NCBI GenBank assembly: GCA_964246775.1
Contig: CAXTSD010000001.1
Span: 1-47,180, forward strand
Direction: 5' to 3'
From: an uncultured Acetobacteraceae bacterium
GTDB lineage: Bacteria; Pseudomonadota; Alphaproteobacteria; Acetobacterales; Acetobacteraceae
DNA length: 47,180 nt
Below the pieces are notes generated by a model. The model had not been told where the DNA came from. It saw nothing but the letters and a program-made list of their open reading frames with translations, and did no database searches. Within the stretch, counting starts at the first letter, position 1. Each line of letters begins with the position of its first letter. Both the position numbers and the translations under genes were made by a program. Below, piece after piece: positions 26,581 through 35,724 of this stretch.

Positions 26581-27468
26581 TTGCAGCGTCGGCCTGTAGC
26601 GCGGCCGAACTCTGCCGCGCGAAGATTAATCATCACCGCCGATGATTTCGGCTTGACGCAAGGAGTGAACGAGGCTGTCGAAGCAGGCCATCGTGATGGC
26701 GTGCTAGGCACTGCCAGTCTGATGGTGGCTGGCGGGGCTGCAGCGGACGCTGTCAGGCGGGCACGGCGCCTGCCAGGCTTGCGTGTCGGACTGCACGTAG
26801 TACTTGTCGACGGGCCTTCCATCTTGCCGCAGGAGAGTATCCCCGCTCTGGTTGACGCGGCAGCTCAGTTCTCGTCGAACCAGGTGCGGCTCGGAATAAA
26901 ATACTTCGTGGCACCGCGTGCTCGTCGACAGCTTGAGGCCGAGATACGCGCGCAATTTCATGCATTCCGGCGAACTGGTCTCGGGCTCGATCACGTCAAC
27001 GCGCACAAGCACATGCATCTACATCCCACAATCGCACGCCTAATCATTCGTGTCGGCCGTGAGTTTGGTGTGCGGGCGATGCGCATACCGAGTGAGCCGC
27101 CGGCCTTGCTTGCCTGCCTGGGTGCTCGCGTCACCCTCAGCGACCGTCTGCTCTATCGCTGGAGCGCGATTTGCCGTCGCCAGGCGCTTGCAGCGGGTCT
27201 CGTGGTGAACGATCAGGTGCTCGGCATCGCTTGGACGGGACACATGACGGCGGATCGGATCGGCCGGGCGCTGCCACGATTACCATTCGGATTGACCGAG
27301 CTGTATTTGCATCCCGCGAGCCATCGCGATGCGCTGCTGACCCGCTTGATGCCGGACTACGAGCATGAGGCCGAGGCGGCCTGCCTCGCCGATCCGGCTA
27401 TTCGGGACGCAATAAGAAGGTTCGACATCAGGCTTACGACCTGGACGGCGGCATCCGACGGATTTTGA
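26581..27468 (+). CDS. hpnK: Hopanoid-associated YdjC-like deacetylase
   Basis: YdjC motif LIITADDFGLTQGVNEAV and HxH region DHVNAHKHMHLHP. TTG start. Confidence 0.85.
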   Translation: MQRRPVARPNSAARRLIITADDFGLTQGVNEAVEAGHRDGVLGTASLMVAGGAAADAVRRARRLPGLRVGLHVVLVDGPSILPQESIPALVDAAAQFSSNQVRLGIKYFVAPRARRQLEAEIRAQFHAFRRTGLGLDHVNAHKHMHLHPTIARLIIRVGREFGVRAMRIPSEPPALLACLGARVTLSDRLLYRWSAICRRQALAAGLVVNDQVLGIAWTGHMTADRIGRALPRLPFGLTELYLHPASHRDALLTRLMPDYEHEAEAACLADPAIRDAIRRFDIRLTTWTAASDGF

Positions 27469-30031
27469 CGCTCGCAAGCAAGGCCGGACAGAACACCAAT
27501 GTTGCAAACAGGATTGCAGCGAGACTGATAAGCAGCAGATCGCCCATGCTCGCGGTGCCGGGATGGTGCGACAGCGCCAGCGAGCCAAAGGCGGTTCCCG
27601 TGGTCAAAGCCGAAAACACGATCGCCCGGCTTGTAGGCGAGCGCAGCAGCGGCATCTCCCCGCGACGCCAATTCATCACGTAGTAGATGTTGAACGACAG
27701 GCCGACGCCAAGCAGCAGCGGCAGAGCGATGATGTTGGCGAAATTGAGTTGAATGCGCAGCAGCACCGCCGCAAGCGCGGTGAGCAGCGCGGCCAGCACG
27801 AGCGGCGCCATCGCCAGGCCGGCATCAAGGGGACGGCGCAAAACCAACATCAGGATGACGGCGATGCCGATGAGGGCAGCGATCGCTGCCCTCTTGAAGG
27901 CGGAAATAATCGTCTGACTGGTTGAGACATAGGAGACGGCGGTGCCCCCGGCGTCAGGCGTCACCGACCGGACACTGCTTACGAAGCTATCGAGGCTGGC
28001 GCCGATGCTGCGCGTATTCTTTGGCATGACCTGCAGGCGCGCAATGCCGGCGGCAGACAGCCAGTCTCGCCTGAGAGCCTCGGGCAGGTTCTGAAGAGTG
28101 ACGGGCTGCGCCGTCAGACTGGTCCGCAACGCAGAGAGCTGCACCAGCAAAAAGCGCGTCAGCGCCGTGTTCATCGAAAGCAGAGTGCTATCTGACACCG
28201 ATTGTAGCCCCTGAAGATCTCCGGCGATCTGAGCGAGCGGGCTGGCGCGCGGCAGCATGGCGAGGACATGGCTGATCTGTGCAAAGCAACTTTGCACGGC
28301 GAGCCGCAGATCGGTCGCGGTAACGGCCGAGTTCATCGCCGGCGCTGCGAGCGTCGGACCAAGGATGTTGGCCGCGTCAGTCACAAGCGCGAGTTTCGCC
28401 TGCTGATCAGCCGGCACGAAAGTCGAGAGATCGAGCATTTGCCCGACGTCCGGAAGGCCGCGCAACTGAGAGGCCGTTGCATCGGCCTCGGCAACGGAGT
28501 GACGCAGCAACTCGACGCTGAATGGGCTGGTAACCGGGTTGTCCATCAACGAGGCCAAGGTGCGCATGGACTCCGTGTTCGGGTCCTTGGTATCGAGCGC
28601 GTTACTATCAAACCGGAGATGCAGCAGAGCGGTCGCGCCGCTGGCGGCGAGCAGCAGGCAGCATCCGATTATGACAAGACGTAGTCGGTGCATGACGCGA
28701 TCAAGCGGTGCGGCCCAGGAAAAACCGCGCTCTGTCTTGCCGCTGGAGGGGTGGAGCAGGGTCAATGCGGCGGGCAGGACGGTAATGGTGCAAAGCAGGG
28801 CGACGATCATGCCTGCGCCGGCGATCAGGCCGAGCTCGGCAACGCCCGTAAAGCTCGTTGGCACAAACGCGAGAAAGCCGGCCGCCGTCGCCGCCGCGGC
28901 GACCAGTATCTGCAATCCAACTCGTCCGGCCGTGGCGGCAAGAGCGGCCTCGCTATCGGGTGCGCTGTCCCGCAAGGCGCGAAACCGGACAGCGAATTGA
29001 ATGGAGAAGTCGACCGCGATGCCGACAAACAACACAGCGAAGGCGACGGAGATCAAGTTCAGCGTGCCGACGGCAAGCGATGCGAACGCCGTCGTGACTA
29101 GGAGCCCGGTAAGCAGCGTCAGCACGATCGGCACCACGAAACGCCAGCTCCGCACCGCCAGGAACAGCCAGAACGTGACCAGAAACAGGCTTCCCGCGAG
29201 CCCGGCGGCGGCGCCGCGAGCCGCTGTCTGAAATTCGTCATCGGCCAGTGGCACGGCCCCTGTGATCCGCACATGCGCGTCGCCGGAACGGACGAACTCA
29301 AGCTTGGCGGCGGCGGCGCGAATGGCGGCGGTGGCGCGTCCACCAGGTTGCAGAGCCTTGAAATCCAACTTCGGCTGGAACAGCACAAAGCGATAGGGAC
29401 CGGCAAGATTGGCGACCGGGCCGGCGAGCAGGCGCTGCCAGGAGAGCGCCTCCGGGTGACCTGCCGCGGCTGCAGCGAGTGCAACATGAAAGCCGCGCAG
29501 CGCCTGATCGTAAGGACCAAGATCCGCCTGACGCTGCACGCCCACGGCAACGAGCGACAACGCTGCGAGCAGGCCCCGAGCCGACGGATCGGCGACAAGC
29601 TGGCCAAGGAAAGGCTGGGCGTCGATCGTGTGGTCGAGCAGCGTCGACAGCACCGCTCGGTCAAGAAACAGCAGGCCCTCCTGGTGATAAAACGGCAGTG
29701 CGTCGGGGCGTCGAACCGTCGTGAAATCGGCAGTGCCCTGCAAGGCAGCAGCGAGCGCTTCCGCTGTCGCGTCCGCCTCCTCGGGAATGCGAGCGTCGAC
29801 GACGGCGACGATGAGGTTTCGAAACTGCGGAAACTGCGCCCAGGAGGCCGCTTCCTGCTTCCGCCAGGGCAGGTCTTGCGCAAACAAGGCACCGATATCC
29901 GTGGTGACGCCAAGGCGCGTCGCCGCTGACCAGATGGACAGGCAGGCAACAAGCAACGCCAGAGTAAGGACGAGGCGGAACCGCCGCGCGCTCCAGGTGA
30001 CAAGCGACACGAGCAGTTTCTGAGCAGACAT
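27434..30031 (-). CDS. hpnN: Hopanoid transporter, RND superfamily
   Basis: Twelve-TM RND-like architecture with two large loops, in hpn context. ATG 30031 is preferred (MSAQKLL...); the track ORF starts at 30067. Confidence 0.85.
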   Translation of the reverse strand: MSAQKLLVSLVTWSARRFRLVLTLALLVACLSIWSAATRLGVTTDIGALFAQDLPWRKQEAASWAQFPQFRNLIVAVVDARIPEEADATAEALAAALQGTADFTTVRRPDALPFYHQEGLLFLDRAVLSTLLDHTIDAQPFLGQLVADPSARGLLAALSLVAVGVQRQADLGPYDQALRGFHVALAAAAAGHPEALSWQRLLAGPVANLAGPYRFVLFQPKLDFKALQPGGRATAAIRAAAAKLEFVRSGDAHVRITGAVPLADDEFQTAARGAAAGLAGSLFLVTFWLFLAVRSWRFVVPIVLTLLTGLLVTTAFASLAVGTLNLISVAFAVLFVGIAVDFSIQFAVRFRALRDSAPDSEAALAATAGRVGLQILVAAAATAAGFLAFVPTSFTGVAELGLIAGAGMIVALLCTITVLPAALTLLHPSSGKTERGFSWAAPLDRVMHRLRLVIIGCCLLLAASGATALLHLRFDSNALDTKDPNTESMRTLASLMDNPVTSPFSVELLRHSVAEADATASQLRGLPDVGQMLDLSTFVPADQQAKLALVTDAANILGPTLAAPAMNSAVTATDLRLAVQSCFAQISHVLAMLPRASPLAQIAGDLQGLQSVSDSTLLSMNTALTRFLLVQLSALRTSLTAQPVTLQNLPEALRRDWLSAAGIARLQVMPKNTRSIGASLDSFVSSVRSVTPDAGGTAVSYVSTSQTIISAFKRAAIAALIGIAVILMLVLRRPLDAGLAMAPLVLAALLTALAAVLLRIQLNFANIIALPLLLGVGLSFNIYYVMNWRRGEMPLLRSPTSRAIVFSALTTGTAFGSLALSHHPGTASMGDLLLISLAAILFATLVFCPALLASVKIRRMPPSRS

Positions 30032-30144
30032 GCAGCAGGGCATCGCGGATTTTGCTCCCGCTCGCAAGACGGGAGATCAGGTTATCGGCGGAGCGAGACT
30101 GGCGGGACGAGCCGCTTGATCTACGTCGTGGTTCCGGGGCCGCT

Positions 30145-30960
30145 CTACTGCATGAGTTTCGCGCGCCGGTGCAGCAGATAGACGATGCCCAGAATGCCCG
30201 CGATCGTCATCATGCCTGCCAGCCGCAGAACTTTTATGATGTCGAGGCTGTAGCGGCCAACGCTGGGATCATAGTGAAAGCAGAGCAGCAAGACGGGGTT
30301 GTCGGACTGCTCGACGCGCCCAAGCGAGGCGCGTTTGATTGCCGTCTCGACATCCGCCGGTCGAAATCCGACGCCGAGCAGGTAATCCGCGACGTGTCCG
30401 GTGGGGGTCAGGACGACCAGGCCGGCGGGGTGCAGGAACTGCTTCAACTCGGCACTGTAGCGGCTGTGAAATCCTGTCGATGCCTCGACCGCCGCTACAT
30501 CCGCCGGTTCGCCGGTCAGAAAGCGCCAGCCGATCTCGGCCCCGCCGGTCGGGTAGTCCCGAAGGTCAGCAGCCTTTGCCGAAGCCGCCATCGCGGGCGT
30601 CTCGGTCGGATCGATGCTCAGAAAGACGAGAGTGTAGTCCTTGCCCGCTACCAGGGATGCGCGGCTGATGGCGCTCAGCGCGTCATCTCGAATGACCCCG
30701 CAGAGGCTTGGGCAGGCGTAGTAACCCAGAATGAGCAGCGTCGGCCGTTTGCCGATCGCCTCGCCGAGCGTCACTGCTCGTCCGCTGTCGTCGTGGAAGC
30801 TGCGCTGCAAAGGCAGTGCCGCGCCAGGTTGCTGCTGATAGCCGAGACCGCTCAAGTCCGGTGGCGCCGCTCGGACAGGGAGCGACCACAGGAAAAAGGC
30901 GACAATCAGAGGTTGTATGTCTCTAAATCGTCGGGTCCAGGCGACACGATAACGCTGCAT
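30145..30960 (-). CDS. SCO1/SenC-family thioredoxin-fold protein with N-terminal signal/anchor and C-terminal TM helix
   Basis: CxxxC motif in LILGYYACPSLCG, downstream His in FLHPAGLVVLTPTG, the tail LLLCFHYDPSVGRYSL, and the TM segment VLRLAGMMTIAGILGIVYLL. Confidence 0.7.
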   Translation of the reverse strand: MQRYRVAWTRRFRDIQPLIVAFFLWSLPVRAAPPDLSGLGYQQQPGAALPLQRSFHDDSGRAVTLGEAIGKRPTLLILGYYACPSLCGVIRDDALSAISRASLVAGKDYTLVFLSIDPTETPAMAASAKAADLRDYPTGGAEIGWRFLTGEPADVAAVEASTGFHSRYSAELKQFLHPAGLVVLTPTGHVADYLLGVGFRPADVETAIKRASLGRVEQSDNPVLLLCFHYDPSVGRYSLDIIKVLRLAGMMTIAGILGIVYLLHRRAKLMQ

Positions 30961-30988
30961 GCGACGCCTGATCGACCAAACCGGTCAT

Positions 30989-31636
30989 CTAATCAACGCC
31001 AGACACAGTGTCCCCCAGATCACGAACGTGTCGGCTCAGCGCGCTTCGGGCCGCGCTGGCGTCTCGCGCTAGACCGAGCAGAGCAAACAGCTCGGCCGGC
31101 CGACGTGCGACGGTCGCGATCAATGCCGCGAGCTGGATGCGGCCGGCTGGATCGAGAGCGACGAGAGCGGCTCGAGGCAGGGCGCGAGAGGCCGGATCGC
31201 AGATGGCGCGCAGCACGGCAAACGGCAGCCCCGCTGCGAGTGCCGCCTCCGAGACGGCGCCGCTCTCCAAGTCGATGGCGACGGCGGCGGTTTGTGCGTG
31301 CAGCCTCGCCTTGTCTGCGGTCGTGCTGACAACGCCGCTGCCGGCGAACACCGGGCCACCGCGGGGGCCGCCTAGCCTGGCAACCAGCGCGGCAGTGCAG
31401 GCGATCCTGACCCCGTTCCGGACGACCGCAGCGGGGATGACGAGCGTTCCCGGGGCAAGGCCCGGGGCGAGGCCTCCGGCGACGCCGAAGCTGAGCAGGG
31501 CGGTGGCGCCTTTCGCCACCAAGTCGGCCGCGCCGCGCCGCGCGCCCTCCGCCGTGCCGTTGCCGACGGCAACCATTCCGCCAAGCCGGCGAGCAATCCG
31601 AGCCTCTTGCACGAGGCCGACAAGTATCCCCAGCAC
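30989..31636 (-). CDS. hpnG: Hopanoid-associated phosphorylase (adenosylhopane nucleosidase, PNP/MTAN fold)
   Basis: Motifs GLVQEARIA...LLSFGVAGGLAPGLAPG and ESGAV, positioned directly after shc. Confidence 0.8.
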   Translation of the reverse strand: MLGILVGLVQEARIARRLGGMVAVGNGTAEGARRGAADLVAKGATALLSFGVAGGLAPGLAPGTLVIPAAVVRNGVRIACTAALVARLGGPRGGPVFAGSGVVSTTADKARLHAQTAAVAIDLESGAVSEAALAAGLPFAVLRAICDPASRALPRAALVALDPAGRIQLAALIATVARRPAELFALLGLARDASAARSALSRHVRDLGDTVSGVD

Positions 31637-31648
31637 CAGGGGCGGCGC

Positions 31649-33607
31649 TTAGAATCCGTAGGCCACGTGCCGCGTATTGCCGTCGATCAGGTTCCGGTAG
31701 CGCGCCAAGGCGAGCAGCGGAAAGAACAGGCGGTAACCGTGATAACGCAGATAGAACACCCGCGGGAAGCCGACCGCCGTATAGGGAAGCTCATCCCAAT
31801 CGCCATCGAGGCGCTGGGTCCGTTGTAGATAAGCCACACCCCGCCGTACGGCCGGATGGTCCACACAGCCCGCCGCCATCAACCCGATCAACGCCCACGC
31901 GGTTTGGGAGGGCGTGCTCTGCGTGAACATGCCATGCGGGGCGCCGCGATACGTGTCCCCGTCCTCACCCCAGCCACCGTCGTCCCGCTGGGTCGCCAGC
32001 AGGAATTCGGTGCCGCGTCGGACGCTTTCATCTTCGGTCGTCAAGCCGACGGCATTGAGCGCGCAGAGCACGGACCATGTGCCATAGATGTAGTTCGTGC
32101 CCCAGCGCCCGAACCAGCTGCCATCCGCCTCCTGCTCGGCACGCAGGTAGGCGAGGCCGTGCTCAATGGCAGGCGTGTTCAGCGGCAGCCCGATTTGCGC
32201 GAGAAAGGCGACGCAGCGTGCGGTGACGTCGGACGTCGGTGGATCGAGCAGGGCGCCGTGGTCCGCGAACGGAATTGCGTTCAGATACATGTGCGTGTTC
32301 TCGGGCTCGAACGCGCCCCAGCCGCCGTCCCGGCTCTGCATGCCGATGATCCAGTCGCGCGCAATCGCGATCGACTCGGCATAGGCCTGGTCGCCCGCTC
32401 GGTGCAGCAGCATGCCAACAACGGCCGTATCGTCCACATCCGGAAAGTAGTCGTTGGCATATTGGAAGGCCCAGCCGCCCGGAGAGAGTTGGGGGCGCCG
32501 GACAGCCCAATCTCCTCTCACCTTCGTGATCTGACGTCGGAGCAGCCACCAGCAGGCGCCATCCATCATCTTCTCGGTCGACGCGGTGACGTCAGCCGCG
32601 GTTCTCGGGCCGGCGCCGACTTCAGCGATGGCGTGGCCGGAAAGCCCGGTATCCCAAACCGGAGATAGGCAGGGTTGGCAGTACGCTTCATCGTCGCGAA
32701 CCACCAGGAGCTTGCGGACCGCACGCCAGGCGATGGCCGCATCCGGATGGGTCGGCGCATAGTCAAGCAGGTCGAACATCATCACCGTGTTCGCCATGGC
32801 CGGATAGATGCCGCCGAGCCCGTCCTCTCCGTTCAGGCGCTCGCGCACGAAGGCGACCGCCGCGTCGGTCGCGCGACGGCGGCTGCCGCGAGGGAAAAAG
32901 CCCTCGGAGAACCGCAGCGCCCGATCGAGCATCTTGAAGGCCGTGGCGATCGGGTTGCGCGCTACGCTGCCCATCCATTGGCGCACCAGCTCCGGCGGCG
33001 TCACGAACAGCTCGCGCACATGCACATGGTTCGGATTACGAGCGACCGGCCGGTGCGCCGCCAGCACAAGCAAAGGCACCATCACGGTACGCGACCAGTA
33101 GGAGACCTTCGACAAATGAAAGAAGAACCACTTCGGCAGCAGCATGATCTCGACTGGCATGACCGGAACGGCGCGCCAGGGCACCTCGCCGAACAAGGCG
33201 AGCTGCATCCTGGTGAAGACGTTGCTGCGCGCCGCCCCGCCGGCAGCCAGGATCGCGGCGCAGGCCCGCATCATGTGAGGCGCCGCCGGATCATCGCCGA
33301 TGCATTTCAGCGCGAAATAGGCCTTCACGCTGGCTGAAAGGTCGAAGGCGCCTTCGTGGAATAACGGCCAGCCACCGTGAGCACCCTGGGTACGACGCAG
33401 GTAGTTGCCGATCTTGCGCTGCAGCGACGGGTCGATCCTGTCGAGATAGTGCTCAAGCAGCACGTACTCCGCCGGGATCGTCGCGTCCGCCTCAAGCTCG
33501 AAGGCCCAATGGCCGTCGGGAGCCTGGCGAGCCCGAAGCGCATCGGTCGCTCGGGCAATAGTCTCATCGAGAAGGCTTGAGGCCTCCAGAACGCACTCGC
33601 TCGGCAT
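31649..33607 (-). CDS. shc: Squalene-hopene cyclase
   Basis: DxDDTA motif (DVDDTAVVG) and repeated QW motifs (QxxDGGWG, QEADGSWFGRWG, QRDDGGWGE), 652 aa. Confidence 0.95.
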   Translation of the reverse strand: MPSECVLEASSLLDETIARATDALRARQAPDGHWAFELEADATIPAEYVLLEHYLDRIDPSLQRKIGNYLRRTQGAHGGWPLFHEGAFDLSASVKAYFALKCIGDDPAAPHMMRACAAILAAGGAARSNVFTRMQLALFGEVPWRAVPVMPVEIMLLPKWFFFHLSKVSYWSRTVMVPLLVLAAHRPVARNPNHVHVRELFVTPPELVRQWMGSVARNPIATAFKMLDRALRFSEGFFPRGSRRRATDAAVAFVRERLNGEDGLGGIYPAMANTVMMFDLLDYAPTHPDAAIAWRAVRKLLVVRDDEAYCQPCLSPVWDTGLSGHAIAEVGAGPRTAADVTASTEKMMDGACWWLLRRQITKVRGDWAVRRPQLSPGGWAFQYANDYFPDVDDTAVVGMLLHRAGDQAYAESIAIARDWIIGMQSRDGGWGAFEPENTHMYLNAIPFADHGALLDPPTSDVTARCVAFLAQIGLPLNTPAIEHGLAYLRAEQEADGSWFGRWGTNYIYGTWSVLCALNAVGLTTEDESVRRGTEFLLATQRDDGGWGEDGDTYRGAPHGMFTQSTPSQTAWALIGLMAAGCVDHPAVRRGVAYLQRTQRLDGDWDELPYTAVGFPRVFYLRYHGYRLFFPLLALARYRNLIDGNTRHVAYGF

Positions 33608-33623
33608 CGCTCAGCAAACATCC

Positions 33624-34883
33624 TCAGGCGGCAGAGGCGACCATTTCCCCTGCAGTACGACCTGACCTGATTGCACCTTCAATCGTTGCCGGCAAGCCTG
33701 TGGCCGTCCAGTCACCTGCGAGGAAAATGTTTTCTGTTGCAGTGCGGCAACTTGGTCGGTTTGCGTGTTGTTCGGGAGTGGCGGCGAAGGTGGCCCGCTT
33801 TTCACGCACCAGTCGGACCGGCGGCGCCGCGCCCGACAGGCCGGTCGCCAGGCAAATCTCGCTCCAGACCTGGCGAACAACAGCATCGCCCGATGTATCG
33901 ATCAGGCGATTGGCGGCGCTGATGGTGACCGAGACGATACCCGGCTTGAAGAACAGCCACTCCGCGAGTCCGCCGATCAGACCGATAAAGCCGGCCGGGT
34001 TTCTCGGCGCCGCAACTTTATAATGCAGGTTCACGATTGCTTCATATCTGTTCGGCGTCGACAGGTCGGCGACCAGGGCGACGGCACGCTCCGCAGGAAC
34101 GGCAAGGATCACCTGATCGCCGGCGCCGAGCGCCGTCGCATCGCGCCCCGCCTCGCGCAGGCTTGCGACGCGGCCGCCTTCCATCGCCAGTGCAGCTATT
34201 CGGCGCCCGGTGACCACCGTCTGCCCCGCCGCTCGCAAGGCCGCGACCGCAGGGTCAGCCAGCGACTCGGACCAGCCGTCGCGCGGCAATGCCGGCACGC
34301 AGGCGCTACCGCCACGTGCGAGCGTCTCCCGCATGATCGCCCCGAGCAGCGCCGCGCTGCCGTCGGCGGGCCGCGTATTGAGCGCCGCGATGGCGAGCGG
34401 CTCGACAAGCCGGCGATAGAGCACGCCCTGCGGCATAGCCTGCCGCACAGTGGCGCCTGGCCGCGCACGCATCAGCCGGGCAAGCGCAAGATAGTCGCCT
34501 GCCGAGGTTCCGGGCACGCGCCGCCCGGCCGACAATATCCACCAGGGCAGCCGTCCGGCATTCGGCCGCAACACCCAGGCTTGCCCGGTGGCGAGATCAT
34601 GAAACGGGAACATCGCCGTCGGCGGGCTGCGCATGGTGTGGCGCGAACCAATGCGGTCCAGCATGGCGAAGGTCGCGCGGTTGCCGGAAAGCAGCAGGTG
34701 GTTGCCGTTATCGAGGCGACAATCGAGCCCGCGGTCGTAATATGACCGGCAACGGCCGCCGCAGGCCGGTCCGGCCTCGTAGACGATGACTTGGCGGCCG
34801 GCGTCGCTTGCAGTCAGTGCGGCCGAAAGTCCGGCGAGCCCACCGCCGATGACGTGGACGATGCCGTCGGATCGCCTAGACAA
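33624..34883 (-). CDS. hpnE: Hydroxysqualene dehydroxylase (FAD-dependent)
   Basis: Motifs VHVIGGGLAGLSAAL and EAGPACGGRCRSY...DNGNHLLL. No ATG lies near the domain start. TTG at 34883..34881 overlaps the hpnD stop. The longer track ORF (to 35402) overlaps hpnD out of frame. Confidence 0.85.
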   Translation of the reverse strand: MSRRSDGIVHVIGGGLAGLSAALTASDAGRQVIVYEAGPACGGRCRSYYDRGLDCRLDNGNHLLLSGNRATFAMLDRIGSRHTMRSPPTAMFPFHDLATGQAWVLRPNAGRLPWWILSAGRRVPGTSAGDYLALARLMRARPGATVRQAMPQGVLYRRLVEPLAIAALNTRPADGSAALLGAIMRETLARGGSACVPALPRDGWSESLADPAVAALRAAGQTVVTGRRIAALAMEGGRVASLREAGRDATALGAGDQVILAVPAERAVALVADLSTPNRYEAIVNLHYKVAAPRNPAGFIGLIGGLAEWLFFKPGIVSVTISAANRLIDTSGDAVVRQVWSEICLATGLSGAAPPVRLVREKRATFAATPEQHANRPSCRTATENIFLAGDWTATGLPATIEGAIRSGRTAGEMVASAA

Positions 34884-35724
34884 TGGAGTGACGCAACGCA
34901 ATCCAGAGCTTGCGGCCCTTGGAGACGGCGACCGGCTGCGCCGGGCAGCGCCAGCCACGCGCGTCCAGTTGTTCAAGCAGGGCGAGATAGCTCGCCGCCA
35001 TGATCCTGGCTGGTCGCATTGCGCGGCGCTCGCAGCGGGCCATCGCGGCGAAAGCTCCGTCGAAATAGCAATGCGCCTGCGCAGACATGCGCCGGCAGAC
35101 CGAGTCCAGTCCCGGTGCGACGAGTGCCGCCGCCGGCTGCGGCGGCACCCCGGCGAGCTCCAGCCACTCCGCGGGAAGGTAAAGACGGCCGCGTTCCATA
35201 TCCTCGGCCAGGTCGCGCAGGATATTGGTGAACTGAAGCGCCCGCCCGAGATGCCAGGCAACCTCCTGCCCCGCCTCGGCTGGTTCACCAAACGCCCGCA
35301 CGGACAGCCGACCGACTGCGGCCGCGACCTGGTCGCAATACCGATCAAGCGCCTCGAGGCTGGGCGCGACCACCGTCGTCTCCGCATCGGTCTGCATGCC
35401 ATCGATGATTGCCAGGAAGTCCGGCCGCCGCAGATCGAACCGTGCGATCGACCAGGCGAGCGCCCGGGTCAGCGGGTCGTCGCCTGTCCCATCGAATGCA
35501 TTGGCGATCCGCTCGCGCCACGCAGCGAGCCGGGCGTGCTTGTCGTCGATCACGGCCGGCTCGTCGGCAATGTCGTCGACGACGCGGCAGAACGCGTAGA
35601 TCGCATACATCGCGTCGCGCCGGTCGCGCGGCAGGATGCGCATGCCGCGATAGAACGACGTGGCGGCGGCGCGCACGATAGCTTCGACCGCGTGGCGATC
35701 GGGCGCGGAGAGGGCCGGCGGCAT
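34876..35724 (-). CDS. hpnD: Presqualene diphosphate synthase
   Basis: Motif SFYRGMRILPRDRRDAMYAIYAFCRVVDDIADE. The ATG at 35724..35722 overlaps the hpnC stop (TGATG). Confidence 0.9.
   Translation of the reverse strand: MPPALSAPDRHAVEAIVRAAATSFYRGMRILPRDRRDAMYAIYAFCRVVDDIADEPAVIDDKHARLAAWRERIANAFDGTGDDPLTRALAWSIARFDLRRPDFLAIIDGMQTDAETTVVAPSLEALDRYCDQVAAAVGRLSVRAFGEPAEAGQEVAWHLGRALQFTNILRDLAEDMERGRLYLPAEWLELAGVPPQPAAALVAPGLDSVCRRMSAQAHCYFDGAFAAMARCERRAMRPARIMAASYLALLEQLDARGWRCPAQPVAVSKGRKLWIALRHSIV

Noticed and set aside
34884-35402. The long form of hpnE (592 aa). Analogous upstream extensions appear in other track ORFs: 14621..15280, 42742..42948, 44043..44411, 13864..14136, 37700..37873 and 18510..18872.
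   Set aside because: Each extension overlaps the preceding, well-supported gene in another frame and lacks family similarity. Each conserved domain begins next to a start codon that overlaps or abuts the upstream stop.
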